A stretch of 64,000 nt of DNA from an uncultured Spirochaetota bacterium (lineage in GTDB: Bacteria > Spirochaetota > Spirochaetia > SZUA-6 > Fen-1364), in NCBI GenBank assembly GCA_963734545.1, contig CAVTHO010000007.1, positions 128,001-192,000 of the forward strand. Reading direction: 5' to 3'. Below the pieces are notes generated by a model, which did not search any database, was not told the origin of the DNA, and saw nothing but the letters and a program-made list of their open reading frames with translations. Made by a program: the position numbers and the translations under genes. Numbering within the stretch: position 1 is the first letter of the stretch; every line of letters begins with the position of its first letter. Positions 19,545-28,330 of the stretch are shown piece after piece.

Positions 19545-20456
19545 ATGACCGGCCCCGGGTTCGCCGCACTGCAGCTTTTCATCGGTCTCCTCCTCGCTCC
19601 GCTTTTGCCGGCTGTGATCAATCGCACGAAGGCGAAATTCGCGGGCCGCAAGGGGCCGCCTCTCGTGCAGGGGTATGTGGACCTGGCCAAGCTGCTGTCC
19701 AAGGCCGCCGTGTACAGCCGCACAACGACCTGGATCTTTCGTGCCGGGCCGACCGCGGGGCTCGCCGCCGTGGTGATTGCACTTGCCATGCTCCCCTGGG
19801 CAGGGGGAGAAGCGCTGGTGTCATTCGCGGGGGATATGATCCTGTTTGCGACTCTCTTCGGGCTGGCGAGATTTCTCACGATCCTTGCCGCCCTCGACAC
19901 CGGGTCCGCCTTCGAGGGCATGGGCGCGAGCCGGGAGGCTTGGTTCTCCGCCCTCACGGAGCCGGCGCTCCTTCTGGCGCTCGCAGCGCTCGCCCGGCTT
20001 TCCGGCAGCCTTTCCCTTTCCGGCATACTGGGCGGGCCGGGCGTGGGCGGAGGGGCGGGGGCCGCGCTGCTGCTCGCCGCGGGGGCCGCCCTGGTGGTCT
20101 TTCTGGCTGAGAACGCGCGGATACCGGTGGACGACCCGGAGACACACCTCGAGCTCACGATGATCCACGAGGTAATGGTTCTCGATCACTGCGGAGTCGA
20201 TCTTGCCTACATCCAGTACGGCTCGGCCGTAAAGCTGTGGGCGCTCGGAGGGGTGGTGGTGTCGATGCTTGCGCCGAGGACCGGTTTCTGGCTGGCAGAT
20301 GCGGGCATCGGCCTTGCGGGGATGGCGTGCGTCGCGGTGGCCACGGGTGTTCTGGAATCGGTGACAGCCCGCCTGCGTCTCGCGCGGGTGCCGCAGCTCC
20401 TGGTCGCGGCAATCGCCATGGCGGCCCTGGCGATGGCGCTCGCCCTGGTGAGGTGA
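19545..20456 (+). CDS. hyfC: HycD/HyfC (NuoH-like) membrane subunit
   Basis: KAKFAGRKGPPLVQ, DTGSAFEGMGASRE, ENARIPVDDPETHLELTMIHEVMVLD. ATG at 19545. Confidence 0.88.
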   Translation: MTGPGFAALQLFIGLLLAPLLPAVINRTKAKFAGRKGPPLVQGYVDLAKLLSKAAVYSRTTTWIFRAGPTAGLAAVVIALAMLPWAGGEALVSFAGDMILFATLFGLARFLTILAALDTGSAFEGMGASREAWFSALTEPALLLALAALARLSGSLSLSGILGGPGVGGGAGAALLLAAGAALVVFLAENARIPVDDPETHLELTMIHEVMVLDHCGVDLAYIQYGSAVKLWALGGVVVSMLAPRTGFWLADAGIGLAGMACVAVATGVLESVTARLRLARVPQLLVAAIAMAALAMALALVR

Positions 20457-20460
20457 AGCT

Positions 20461-21115
20461 GTGACGACCTCCGTCGAAGGCTTTCTCGTCATTCTCATGC
20501 TCACCAATCTCTGGCTCCTCGGGTCGAGCCGGTCTGCTTTCCTGCATTGCGGCGGTGTCGGTCCAGGGGGTTCTCCTGGGCCTGCTTCCCCTGGTCATCG
20601 GCATCGACGCCCCGCTGTGGCGCCTGATTCTCCAGGCAGCCATCAGCATAGGTTTCAAGGGCATCGCCCTCCCGCTCCTGCTTCTGCGCGCCGCGCGCTC
20701 CGTCGATGTGCGACGAGAGGTCGAGCCCTTCGTCGGCTACTCGGCTTCCCTCCTGATCGGGGTCGTGGTTCTCGCCGTCTCCCTTTTCATCGGGCTTCGT
20801 CTGCCCATCCACGGCTGGAATGCGCCGCTTCTGCTCGTGCCTGCGGCCCTGTTCACCGCGCTCACGGGCCTTTTCATCATCGTCAGCAGGAGATCCGCGA
20901 TTGTCCAGGCCCTGGGATACCTCGCAATGGAAAGCGGCATTGCCGCTTTCGGTCTTGCGCTTGCCGAGCAGGAGCCGCTCCTGATAGAGATGGGCACATT
21001 CCTGGACGCGTTCGTTGCGATCTTTGTGATGGGGATCACGATTTATCACATCAGCCGCGAGTTCGACCACATTGACGCGGACCGGCTTTCGAGCCTGAAG
21101 GACTCGCCCCAATGA
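20461..21115 (+). CDS. hyfE: HyfE-like membrane subunit (1-base frameshift near 20533)
   Basis: Frame 20461 reads ...LLGSSR, then continues in frame 20555 (LLSCIAAVSVQGV...REVEPFVG...QALGYLAMESGI). Confidence 0.8.
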
Positions 21116-22716
21116 TACTCGCCCTCATCGCCCTGCCGGGCTTCGCTGCCATTGCCGCATTTTTCATTCGCTCTCATTCCCTGCGTCGATCTCTCCTCGT
21201 GACGGTCGCCGTTCTGCAGGCAGGCCTTGTCAGCTGGCTGTGGATCGACCCGGCCCGGTTTCCGCCGCTGGGGAGCTGGCTTGCCGCGGATGCGCTGGGC
21301 AGGCTCTTCCTTGCGATTGCCAGCCTGCTGTTTCTGGCGGTCTCCGTGTCCGCCGTCGGGTTCCTTCAGAAGGAGAGCGGCGCGACACGGGCGGACACGG
21401 AGGAGGGATTTCTTTTCGGCAACGCCCCCGAGGCGGTCTTCACCGCCTGTCTGCTCGGGTTTCTCTCCACCATGACGCTCGTGACCGTGAGCCAGCACTT
21501 CGGGCTCCTCTGGGTTTCCATCGAGGCGACCACGCTCGTCAGCGCTCCCCTCATCCACTACCACCGGCACCACAGGTCGCTGGAAGCCACCTGGAAGTAC
21601 CTCCTGGTCTGCTCGGTGGGGATTGCCGTGGCCCTGCTCGGCACCTATTTTCTCGCGGCCTCCGTGCCTTCGGGTATCGGCGCCAAATCCGCCGAATACG
21701 TCGGCGGTTCCGCCGTTTCACTTACGTTCTCCGGGCTCGCACGAAATGCCGCGCGCCTGGACACAGGCTGGCTGAAGGCAGCGTTCCTGCTGCTCCTGGT
21801 GGGGTATGGAACCAAGATGGGGCTGGCGCCCATGCACACGTGGCTTCCCGACGCCCACAGCGAAGCCCCTTCGGTCGTTTCCGCACTGCTCTCCGGTGCG
21901 CTGCTGAACTGCGCCTTCCTGGCCGTGCTCCGCATCCTGTCGGTATGCGCGGCGGCCGGTCTCGGCGGGTTCGGCAGGCAGACCATCCTGGTCCTCGGCC
22001 TGGTCTCGATGGCGGTGGCGGCAGGGCTGATCATCGGCCAACCGGACTACAAGCGGATGCTCGCGTACTCGAGCGTGGAGCACATGGGGATCCTCTGCGT
22101 GGGAATCGGGCTCGGCGGGCTCGGAGACTGGGGCGCCCTCTTCCAGGCGGTCAATCATTCGCTCACAAAGGCCGCGCTCTTTCTCCTGGCCGGCAATTTC
22201 CTCGCTGCGTACGGAACCAAGAAGTCATCCGACGTCGACGGGGCGGTCCGCACCCTGCCGGTCACGGCGGCCTTGTGGATTGCGGGACTCTTTGCCATCA
22301 CCGGTGCACCGCCATTCGGCCTGTTCTCGAGCGAGCTCACGATCCTGCGGGCCGGTGTGAACGCGGGCGCCTGGGCCGTCGTTGCCGTCTACTCCTTTCT
22401 CCTTGCCGCCGTGTTCGTCGGGATGATCACCATGCTCCTGCGAATGGGGAGGAATGCCGCCCTTCCACGGTACGGGAGTGCGCGAGTACGCGCTCGGCCC
22501 GAAGGCCGTACCGGTTCGGCGAATGCGCCGTACACCGCGGCAGGAGGCCTCGGAATCGCGCGCGCCGCCGCCGCGCCGCCCTTGCGCGCCGGTGAGTCGG
22601 TGCTCAGCGTCGCGGCACCGCTCGTCCTCCTGGTCCTCACCGGCGTGCTCGGCCTGTTCATTCCGGGGTTTCTCGACACGGTGTTGAAGCAGGCCGCTCT
22701 TCTGCTGGGGGTATAG
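21112..22716 (+). CDS. hyfF: HyfF-like antiporter membrane subunit
   Basis: LWVSIEATTLVSAPL, SLEATWKY, GYGTKMGLAPMHTWLPDAHSEAPS, KRMLAYSSVEHMG. Confidence 0.9.
   Translation: MILALIALPGFAAIAAFFIRSHSLRRSLLVTVAVLQAGLVSWLWIDPARFPPLGSWLAADALGRLFLAIASLLFLAVSVSAVGFLQKESGATRADTEEGFLFGNAPEAVFTACLLGFLSTMTLVTVSQHFGLLWVSIEATTLVSAPLIHYHRHHRSLEATWKYLLVCSVGIAVALLGTYFLAASVPSGIGAKSAEYVGGSAVSLTFSGLARNAARLDTGWLKAAFLLLLVGYGTKMGLAPMHTWLPDAHSEAPSVVSALLSGALLNCAFLAVLRILSVCAAAGLGGFGRQTILVLGLVSMAVAAGLIIGQPDYKRMLAYSSVEHMGILCVGIGLGGLGDWGALFQAVNHSLTKAALFLLAGNFLAAYGTKKSSDVDGAVRTLPVTAALWIAGLFAITGAPPFGLFSSELTILRAGVNAGAWAVVAVYSFLLAAVFVGMITMLLRMGRNAALPRYGSARVRARPEGRTGSANAPYTAAGGLGIARAAAAPPLRAGESVLSVAAPLVLLVLTGVLGLFIPGFLDTVLKQAALLLGV
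21677..21706 (-). repeat. In-frame repeat copy in a hyfF loop (GAKSAEYVG)
   Basis: 28/30 identical to 34541-34570. Confidence 0.75.
22471..22533 (+). repeat. 42-bp-family element with nested 30-bp hairpin insert, in-frame in hyfF
   Basis: tacgggagt + [22480-22509] + accggttcggcgaatgcgccgtac. The flanks match 18088-18120. Confidence 0.65.
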
Positions 22717-22717
22717 G

Positions 22718-24241
22718 ATGGCGAAACAGAGCCATCTCGAGCTTCACAACGGCGCCGCCTCCGATGCGGCGCGGGTGCCCGTGCTCTCCACCGATGCGTG
22801 GCGCGACTTCGTGAAGAGTCGGGTGCAGGACGGCGCTGAAATCACGGCGCTTTTCGGCATGCCGGAACATTCAGGCGCAGGCAGGGGCGCGCGCTTTCTG
22901 CTCTACGCGGTGCTCGCCGAGCACGCAACCGGCGCGCTTCGCGTCGCCCGCACGCGTGTGACGGGCTCGTGGCCCTCCCTGACAATTGATTGTCCCGCCG
23001 CACACTGGTTCGAGCGGGAGATCGCGGAGCAGTGGAACCTCGTGCCGGAGGGGCACCCCTGGCTGAAGCCGATCCGCTTCCAGCCGGCCATGCGGGGCGC
23101 CCTGCCCGGCAGGGAGTCGCCGCCCATAGGGGATGCGCAGTTCTTCCGGGTGGAGGGGGAGGAAGTGCACGAGGTGGCCGTGGGCCCGGTGCATGCGGGA
23201 GTGATCGAGCCGGGGCACTTTCGGTTCCAGTGCCACGGGGAAACGGTCCTGCACCTGGAAATCTCGCTCGGGTACCAGCACCGCGGCATCGAGCGCGCGC
23301 TCCTGGGCGGTCCGGACGTACGCTCGATCCACTATGCCGAAACGCTCGCCGGGGATACGACGGTGGGGCACGCCACCGCATACTGCGAAGCGTTGGAGGC
23401 CCTTGCGGGGCGCGAGGCGCCCCCCCGGGCGCAGGCAATCCGCGCCATTGCGCTCGAGCTGGAGCGTGCCGCCAGCCACGTGGGAGACCTCGGCGCGCTG
23501 GCAGGGGACATCGGATTTCTCCCCACGGCGTCGTGGTGCGGCCGTCTCAGGGGCGACCTTCTGAACATGACGGCGCTCATCTCCGGGAGCAGGTTCGGCC
23601 GTGGCCTCGTGAGGCCCGGCGGCGTCGTGTTCGACCTTGACGAAGAGATGGCGGGCGAGCTGCGCCGCCGGCTTCGGTCCTGTGCGCGTGACGCGGCCGG
23701 CGCGTGCGAGCTCCTCTGGCGGTCCCCGTCCGTCGTTGCCCGGTTCGAGGGCACAGGGATGCTTTCCGAGCGGACGGCGCGGGAGATCGGCCTCACCGGT
23801 CCTGCCGCGCGCGCGTGCGGAGTGGACCGTGACGCGCGGCGCGACCTGCCCTCCGGCATCTGGCGGTTTTCGCAGGTGCCGGTTTCCACGTGGCGCACGG
23901 GCGACGTTTTCGCCCGCGCGTATGTGCGGTGGCTCGAAGCGCAGAGGTCCTTCGCGTTCATCGAGGACCAGCTCGGGGCGCTCCCCGCGGGAGACATACG
24001 GGTTTCCCTTCCCCCGCTCGCGCGCGGCGCGGTGGCGGTGAGCGTGGTGGAGGGCTGGCGGGGGAGCATCTGCCACGTCGTCCTCACGGACAGCCGTGGA
24101 AAGTTTGCGCGCTACAAGGTCGTGGACCCTTCATTCCGCAACTGGTTCGGGCTCGGCCTGGCGATGCGCGGCCAGCAGGTGTCGGACTTTCCGTTGTGCA
24201 ACAAGAGCTTCAACCTGTCCTACAGCGGACACGATCTGTGA
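22718..24241 (+). CDS. Ehr large subunit (HycE/NuoCD-like, no NiFe ligands)
   Basis: AAHWFEREIAEQW, VGPVHAGVIEPGHFRF, LGYQHRGIE, EGWRG. It ends DFPLCNKSFNLSYSGHDL and has neither CxxC motif. Confidence 0.88.
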   Translation: MAKQSHLELHNGAASDAARVPVLSTDAWRDFVKSRVQDGAEITALFGMPEHSGAGRGARFLLYAVLAEHATGALRVARTRVTGSWPSLTIDCPAAHWFEREIAEQWNLVPEGHPWLKPIRFQPAMRGALPGRESPPIGDAQFFRVEGEEVHEVAVGPVHAGVIEPGHFRFQCHGETVLHLEISLGYQHRGIERALLGGPDVRSIHYAETLAGDTTVGHATAYCEALEALAGREAPPRAQAIRAIALELERAASHVGDLGALAGDIGFLPTASWCGRLRGDLLNMTALISGSRFGRGLVRPGGVVFDLDEEMAGELRRRLRSCARDAAGACELLWRSPSVVARFEGTGMLSERTAREIGLTGPAARACGVDRDARRDLPSGIWRFSQVPVSTWRTGDVFARAYVRWLEAQRSFAFIEDQLGALPAGDIRVSLPPLARGAVAVSVVEGWRGSICHVVLTDSRGKFARYKVVDPSFRNWFGLGLAMRGQQVSDFPLCNKSFNLSYSGHDL

Positions 24242-24250
24242 GGGTGTGAC

Positions 24251-25016
24251 ATGCTGCGAATTCTCACGAGAAAGACTGCGGCAGGGACGCCGCACCATGC
24301 GCTTTCCGCGCGGGGAACCGCCTGCCCTCCCGGCGCGGTTCCGCGGGCTTCCCGTCATCGACCAGTCGCGGTGCAAAGGCGGCTGCGACGCCTGCATGGA
24401 TGCGTGTCCCACCGGGGCCCTGTCACGGGGCTCCGACCGCATGCTGAAGATAGACCTGGGCAAATGCCTGTTCTGCGGCGACTGCACGGCTGCCTGCCCG
24501 ACAGGCGCCATCTCGTTCAGCAACGACTATCGGCTGGCCGCCCGCAACCGCGAGGACCTCGTGATCGGCGTGAAGCGGCTGCGCCTCGCCGAAGCCCTCG
24601 GCAGGGATCTGCGGAGACTGCTGGGCAGATCTCTCCGACTGCGCCAGGTAAGCGCCGGCGGCTGCAGCGCCTGCGAAGCCGACGCGAATGTTCTCACGAC
24701 CGTCGGATGGGACATGGGGAGATTCGGCATACAGTTCGTGGCGTCTCCGCGACACGCGGACGGTCTCCTGGTGACGGGCCCTGTCACGCTGAACATGCGC
24801 CACGCCCTGGAGAAGACGTACGCGGCCGTGCCGGAGCCGAAGATAGTGATCGCCTCCGGCGCCTGCGCCATATCGGGAGGTCCCTATGCCGGTGCGCCGG
24901 AGGCGAGCGACGGGGTGGCGGGAATACTGAAAGTGGATCTCTTCGTGCCCGGCTGTCCTCCGCATCCTCTCACCCTGCTCGACGGCCTCCTGCGGCTGCT
25001 CGGCAGGATCCGCTGA
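24251..25016 (+). CDS. Ehr small subunit: 2x[4Fe-4S] ferredoxin fused to NuoB/HycG domain (frameshift near 24266)
   Basis: CKGGCDACMDACP, CLFCGDCTAACP, SAGGCSACE, SPRHADG, GACA, PGCPPHP. The ATG at 24251 is one base out of frame. Confidence 0.85.
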
Positions 25017-25022
25017 GGGACC

Positions 25023-25961
25023 GTGCGCGCACACCTTGCGGGGGTCCGCGGGCAGGCAGCCCCCTATCCCGTGCTCGCCATCGGCGTGGCCGCCGTCTCC
25101 TCCGCCGCCCTCCTGATCTCCCTGGCGCGCGCGCAGGGCGTTCCCGCACTCGCAATAGCCGCCCTCAGGATGAGCATCGCCGGGCTCGTGATGGGGCCGA
25201 TCGCCGTCCTGCGCTGTCGGCAGGAGATCCGCGGCCTCGCGGTTGTCGAGACTCTGACCGCCGCGGCCGCGGGGGTCTTCCTTGCGCTTCACTTCGCGTT
25301 CTGGATCAGCTCACTTGACGATACGTCGGTCATGAGCTCGGTTGTCTTTGTCAGCACCAGTCCGATATTCGTCGGCCTGGCATCCGTATTCCTGTTGAGA
25401 GAGCGGATGGGGACGCCGACGATCATCGGAATAGCGGTCGCGATCGTCGGCGCGGCGTTCGTCGGTCTCTCGGATCTCGGCCAGCCCGGGAGGCATCTGC
25501 TGAGGGGCGATCTGTTCGCGCTGCTGGGCGCCGTCTCCGCCTCCGGCTACCTTCTCATCGGCAGACGCGTGAGGAAGAAGATGTCCCTCACGCTTTACGT
25601 CGGGATCGCCTATCTGAGCGCCGCGCTCATCCTCCTCGGCGTCGTCGGCGTGACGGGCACCGGGCTCGCAGGCTATCCGCGCGAAGGGTATCTCTGGGTT
25701 GCGCTCCTCGCCGCAGGGCCGCAGCTCCTCGGCCATACCGCGTACAACTGGGCATTGAGATACGTGTCGGCCACCTTCGTCACGGTGACCCTCCTTGCCG
25801 AGCCGATCGGCGCGACCCTGCTCGCAATTGTCTTTCTTTCACAGGTGCCTTCCGCGCTCAGGATTGCCGGCGGCGTCTGCATACTTGCGGGAATCCTTCT
25901 CGCCGCGCGCGGAGAATCGCGCGGGAAAGAATCACCGGAGAAACTGCCCCATGCCGTGTAA
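25023..25961 (+). CDS. DMT/EamA family transporter
   Basis: About 10 TMs, FLALHFAFWISSL, GDLFALLGA, PQLLGHTAYNWAL, LAEPIGA. Confidence 0.9.
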   Translation: MRAHLAGVRGQAAPYPVLAIGVAAVSSAALLISLARAQGVPALAIAALRMSIAGLVMGPIAVLRCRQEIRGLAVVETLTAAAAGVFLALHFAFWISSLDDTSVMSSVVFVSTSPIFVGLASVFLLRERMGTPTIIGIAVAIVGAAFVGLSDLGQPGRHLLRGDLFALLGAVSASGYLLIGRRVRKKMSLTLYVGIAYLSAALILLGVVGVTGTGLAGYPREGYLWVALLAAGPQLLGHTAYNWALRYVSATFVTVTLLAEPIGATLLAIVFLSQVPSALRIAGGVCILAGILLAARGESRGKESPEKLPHAV

Positions 25962-25991
25962 CCAAATCGTCCGAAGGGTGTTTACATTTTT

Positions 25992-26092
25992 GAGACAAGA
26001 CGGAGTCCAAATTCGTAAGGGGCAAGTTTCACCTCCTTTCCTTGTCCCTGTGTCTCGCCCGGGGGATAGGTGTTACCTATCCCCACATTTTT
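25992..26092 (+). ncRNA. Candidate structured sRNA / leader with anti-SD loop and terminator
   Basis: Stems gagaca/tgtctc, acgga/ttcgt and aggggcaag/cttgtccct enclose the loop tttcacctcctttc, followed by a terminator hairpin. Confidence 0.45.
26062..26092 (+). terminator. Rho-independent terminator-like hairpin
   Basis: ggggataggt-gtt-acctatcccc (perfect 10-bp stem) followed by acattttt. Confidence 0.65.
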
Positions 26093-26117
26093 CCGCGCGA
26101 CGTAAACGGAGGCTCTC

Positions 26118-26897
26118 CTGCGCATTCTGCTGATCTGCCCCATACCTCTGGAATACACCGTGTGCCGGACTACTCTTGTCCTGCGCGACGCGCAGGAAGT
26201 CCTGGGCTGCAAGACCGCCCGCGGGTCCGTGGGAAACATCGATATCATGGCGATGGAGACCGGCCCTGCAAAAGCGAGGGTCGCCACCGCGACCATCGGA
26301 GGCATCGATCACTTCCAGCCGGATCTCGTCGTCGACACCGGTACCTGCGGCGCCATTGACGGACAGCTCATTGTCAGGGCGGTTGTTCTCGGTCTGTCCT
26401 GCCTCGAGTACGATATCTCCGGCAATGGTCTGCCTCACCGGATAATTCAGGAAATGAAGCTGCCGTCAGCCTTCGATTTTCTCCCCCGCCGCGAGGCGCA
26501 GAAGCTCGTGCGGAGTCTGACGGAGCTCGGCAAGGATCGGGGGCTGCACCTGCGGGCCGGCGTGCAGGCATGCGGCGAATTCTTCATCCAGTCCGCCGAG
26601 GTCCGGGAGTCCCTGTTCGCCCTGAGCGGGGCCACGGCGTGCAACTGGGAGACGGCGGGCGTGTTTGTAGGTTCCCTGCGCGCGTGCATTCCCCCGCTCA
26701 GCCTCCGTGTCGTGTCCGATCTCGGCGACGAGAATTCGCTGCGCGACTTCCGCCGCAATGCACGAAAATGCTCACAGGACCTCTACCGATTCCTTCGGGA
26801 CGGGTTGGAGTCGGGATGGTTCGCCGCGTTTTACGAGCAGTGGAAAACTGTTCCACGGGGCCTGGTGGACAAGATGCCCCAGAGGGTGTTGCCGTAG
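26118..26897 (+). CDS. MTA/SAH nucleosidase-like (PNP/UDP phosphorylase family) protein, probable CTG start
   Basis: RILLICPIPLE, ETGPAKARVA, FQPDLVVDTGTCGA, YD, CGEFFI, NWETAG, LRVVSD. GGAGG at 26108, in-frame TAA at 26103. Confidence 0.75.
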   Translation: MRILLICPIPLEYTVCRTTLVLRDAQEVLGCKTARGSVGNIDIMAMETGPAKARVATATIGGIDHFQPDLVVDTGTCGAIDGQLIVRAVVLGLSCLEYDISGNGLPHRIIQEMKLPSAFDFLPRREAQKLVRSLTELGKDRGLHLRAGVQACGEFFIQSAEVRESLFALSGATACNWETAGVFVGSLRACIPPLSLRVVSDLGDENSLRDFRRNARKCSQDLYRFLRDGLESGWFAAFYEQWKTVPRGLVDKMPQRVLP

Positions 26898-27124
26898 GCA
26901 CGGATGCCGAGCGGCGCCGAGTACATGGATGCGTAGGGCGGCAGGCGGCTGCGTAGCAGACGCCGAGAGCCTACGGAAGGCGCCGCGTAGACAGGATGTC
27001 GAGGTCGAGCGAGTACAGGGATGTGCGGAAGGAGGCCGTAGACTCCGCGGTATTCCGCGGAGTTGGATGCCGAGCGGCGCCGAGTACACGAGGTCGGAAG
27101 GCGCCGCTAGACACGGATGTCGAG
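26892..27124 (+). repeat. Composite GTAG-tagged REP-like element (BIME-like)
   Basis: Modules gtaggcacggatgcc, gtagacaggatgtc and gtag-actccgcgg-tatt-ccgcggagt. Internal duplications at 26902-26925 and 27065-27088. Confidence 0.85.
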
Positions 27125-27139
27125 CGGCCGATCTGAAGC

Positions 27140-27168
27140 TTGATTTCGCCGGCGGGCCGGGGTAGTAT
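27140..27168 (+). promoter_or_regulatory. Sigma70-type promoter for RHH-USP-pcm
   Basis: TTGATT-17 nt-TAGTAT. Confidence 0.5.
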
Positions 27169-27246
27169 CGCCCCAGCACGCGAGAGCAATTAATCCGCGA
27201 AACTGCACGGAGGACCGTGCAAGGTACCGCGGCGGGAGGGATTGCA

Positions 27247-27456
27247 GTGTCGAAAACCTACGTGGAAACCTCGACCGAGCTGCTCGAGGGGCTGGACGAA
27301 ATGGTCCGGGAAGGCTACTACGCCAATCGGACCGAGGGGATCAATGATGCGATCCGCCTCCTGCTGAAGCAGTACAAGCTGTCCAAGCTCCATGCAAAAG
27401 ACTCCACCCTGCTGGGCAAATCGGCTGTCGCGGGCGGGGAGAAACGAACGGAGTGA
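27247..27456 (+). CDS. CopG/ribbon-helix-helix family small regulator
   Basis: LLEGLDEMVREGYYANRTEGINDAIRLLL. GTG start after GGAGG. Confidence 0.75.
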   Translation: MSKTYVETSTELLEGLDEMVREGYYANRTEGINDAIRLLLKQYKLSKLHAKDSTLLGKSAVAGGEKRTE

Positions 27457-28313
27457 TCGGACAGATCGTCGCGGGCATCGACGGATCGCTCAACTCCCTG
27501 ACGGCGTTCCAGTACGCGCTTGACCTGGCGCGCCGGGTCAAGGCGGAAGTCAAAGTCGTATTCGTGGTGGATGCCCGCAAGACCGATCTCCCCATTATCT
27601 ATACGGCCAGCCATTTCGACTACGGATTCGAGCGCGTTTACATTCCCCCCGAGCCCGGCCTGAAGGGCTTCTACGACCGGGTCAGACAGGACATCAAGGC
27701 ATTCGGCGATAATTGCCTCTCGCTCTGCAAGAAGGACGCGGAGGCGGGCCAGGTCCACGTGACCCCCGTGCTGCGGGAAGGGCTTCCGTCGGGGATTCTC
27801 ACGGAAGAAGCCCGGTCCGGCGACCTTCTGGTCATCGGCCAGAAGGGGGAGAATGCCCATATCGAAAGGGCGATCGTGGGCTCCACAACGGAGGACGTGG
27901 TGCGCTCCACCCCGCGGCCGGTCCTCGTCTGCCCGGCCAGGTTTCAGAGTCCCACGCGCGTGCTCTTTGCCTACGACGGCAGCCCCGTCGCGGAAGGGGC
28001 GCTGCAGTTCTTCGTCAACGCGTTCGGCAGCATCTGGGAAGAGATGGCGGTGCTCACCGTCACGGAAAAGATGGAAGAGAGCTTTCCCTTCGACACGGAG
28101 CTGAGCTACCTGGGCACGCACGGTATTCCGTACCGGCTGCTGATGGAGGCGGGCAAGCCTGTTGATACGATTCCCCGCGTGGCCAAACGGGAAAGCTCCG
28201 AGCTCATCCTTATCGGCGCGCACGGCCGGCACAAGATACGCGACTACCTGCTGGGCTCCACGGCTTCCCACCTGATCCGCCGCAGCGAGCTGCCGGTCCT
28301 CGTGGCATTCTGA
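27453..28313 (+). CDS. Tandem universal stress protein
   Basis: IVAGIDGS, DLLVIGQKG, VGSTTEDVVR..PRPVLV, second domain LILIGAHG...LLGSTASHL. Confidence 0.93.
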   Translation: MIGQIVAGIDGSLNSLTAFQYALDLARRVKAEVKVVFVVDARKTDLPIIYTASHFDYGFERVYIPPEPGLKGFYDRVRQDIKAFGDNCLSLCKKDAEAGQVHVTPVLREGLPSGILTEEARSGDLLVIGQKGENAHIERAIVGSTTEDVVRSTPRPVLVCPARFQSPTRVLFAYDGSPVAEGALQFFVNAFGSIWEEMAVLTVTEKMEESFPFDTELSYLGTHGIPYRLLMEAGKPVDTIPRVAKRESSELILIGAHGRHKIRDYLLGSTASHLIRRSELPVLVAF

Positions 28314-28330
28314 GAGCGGGGCTTGCCGCC

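Noticed and set aside
17335-19569. Long antisense or alternative-frame ORFs (e.g. 744 aa here, 2452-4230, 55944-57425)
   Set aside because: Arg/Gly/Ala-rich shadow ORFs of well-supported genes, expected in high-GC DNA.
22718-24241. Group 4 [NiFe]-hydrogenase large subunit
   Set aside because: Both metal-binding CxxC motifs are absent, so it is called Ehr instead.
26029-26040. 16S rRNA 3' end fragment (tcacctccttt)
   Set aside because: No other rRNA sequence is nearby, and the motif sits in a hairpin loop.
27247-27456. RHH protein as antitoxin of a toxin-antitoxin pair
   Set aside because: The neighbouring gene is a tandem USP and no toxin ORF is adjacent.
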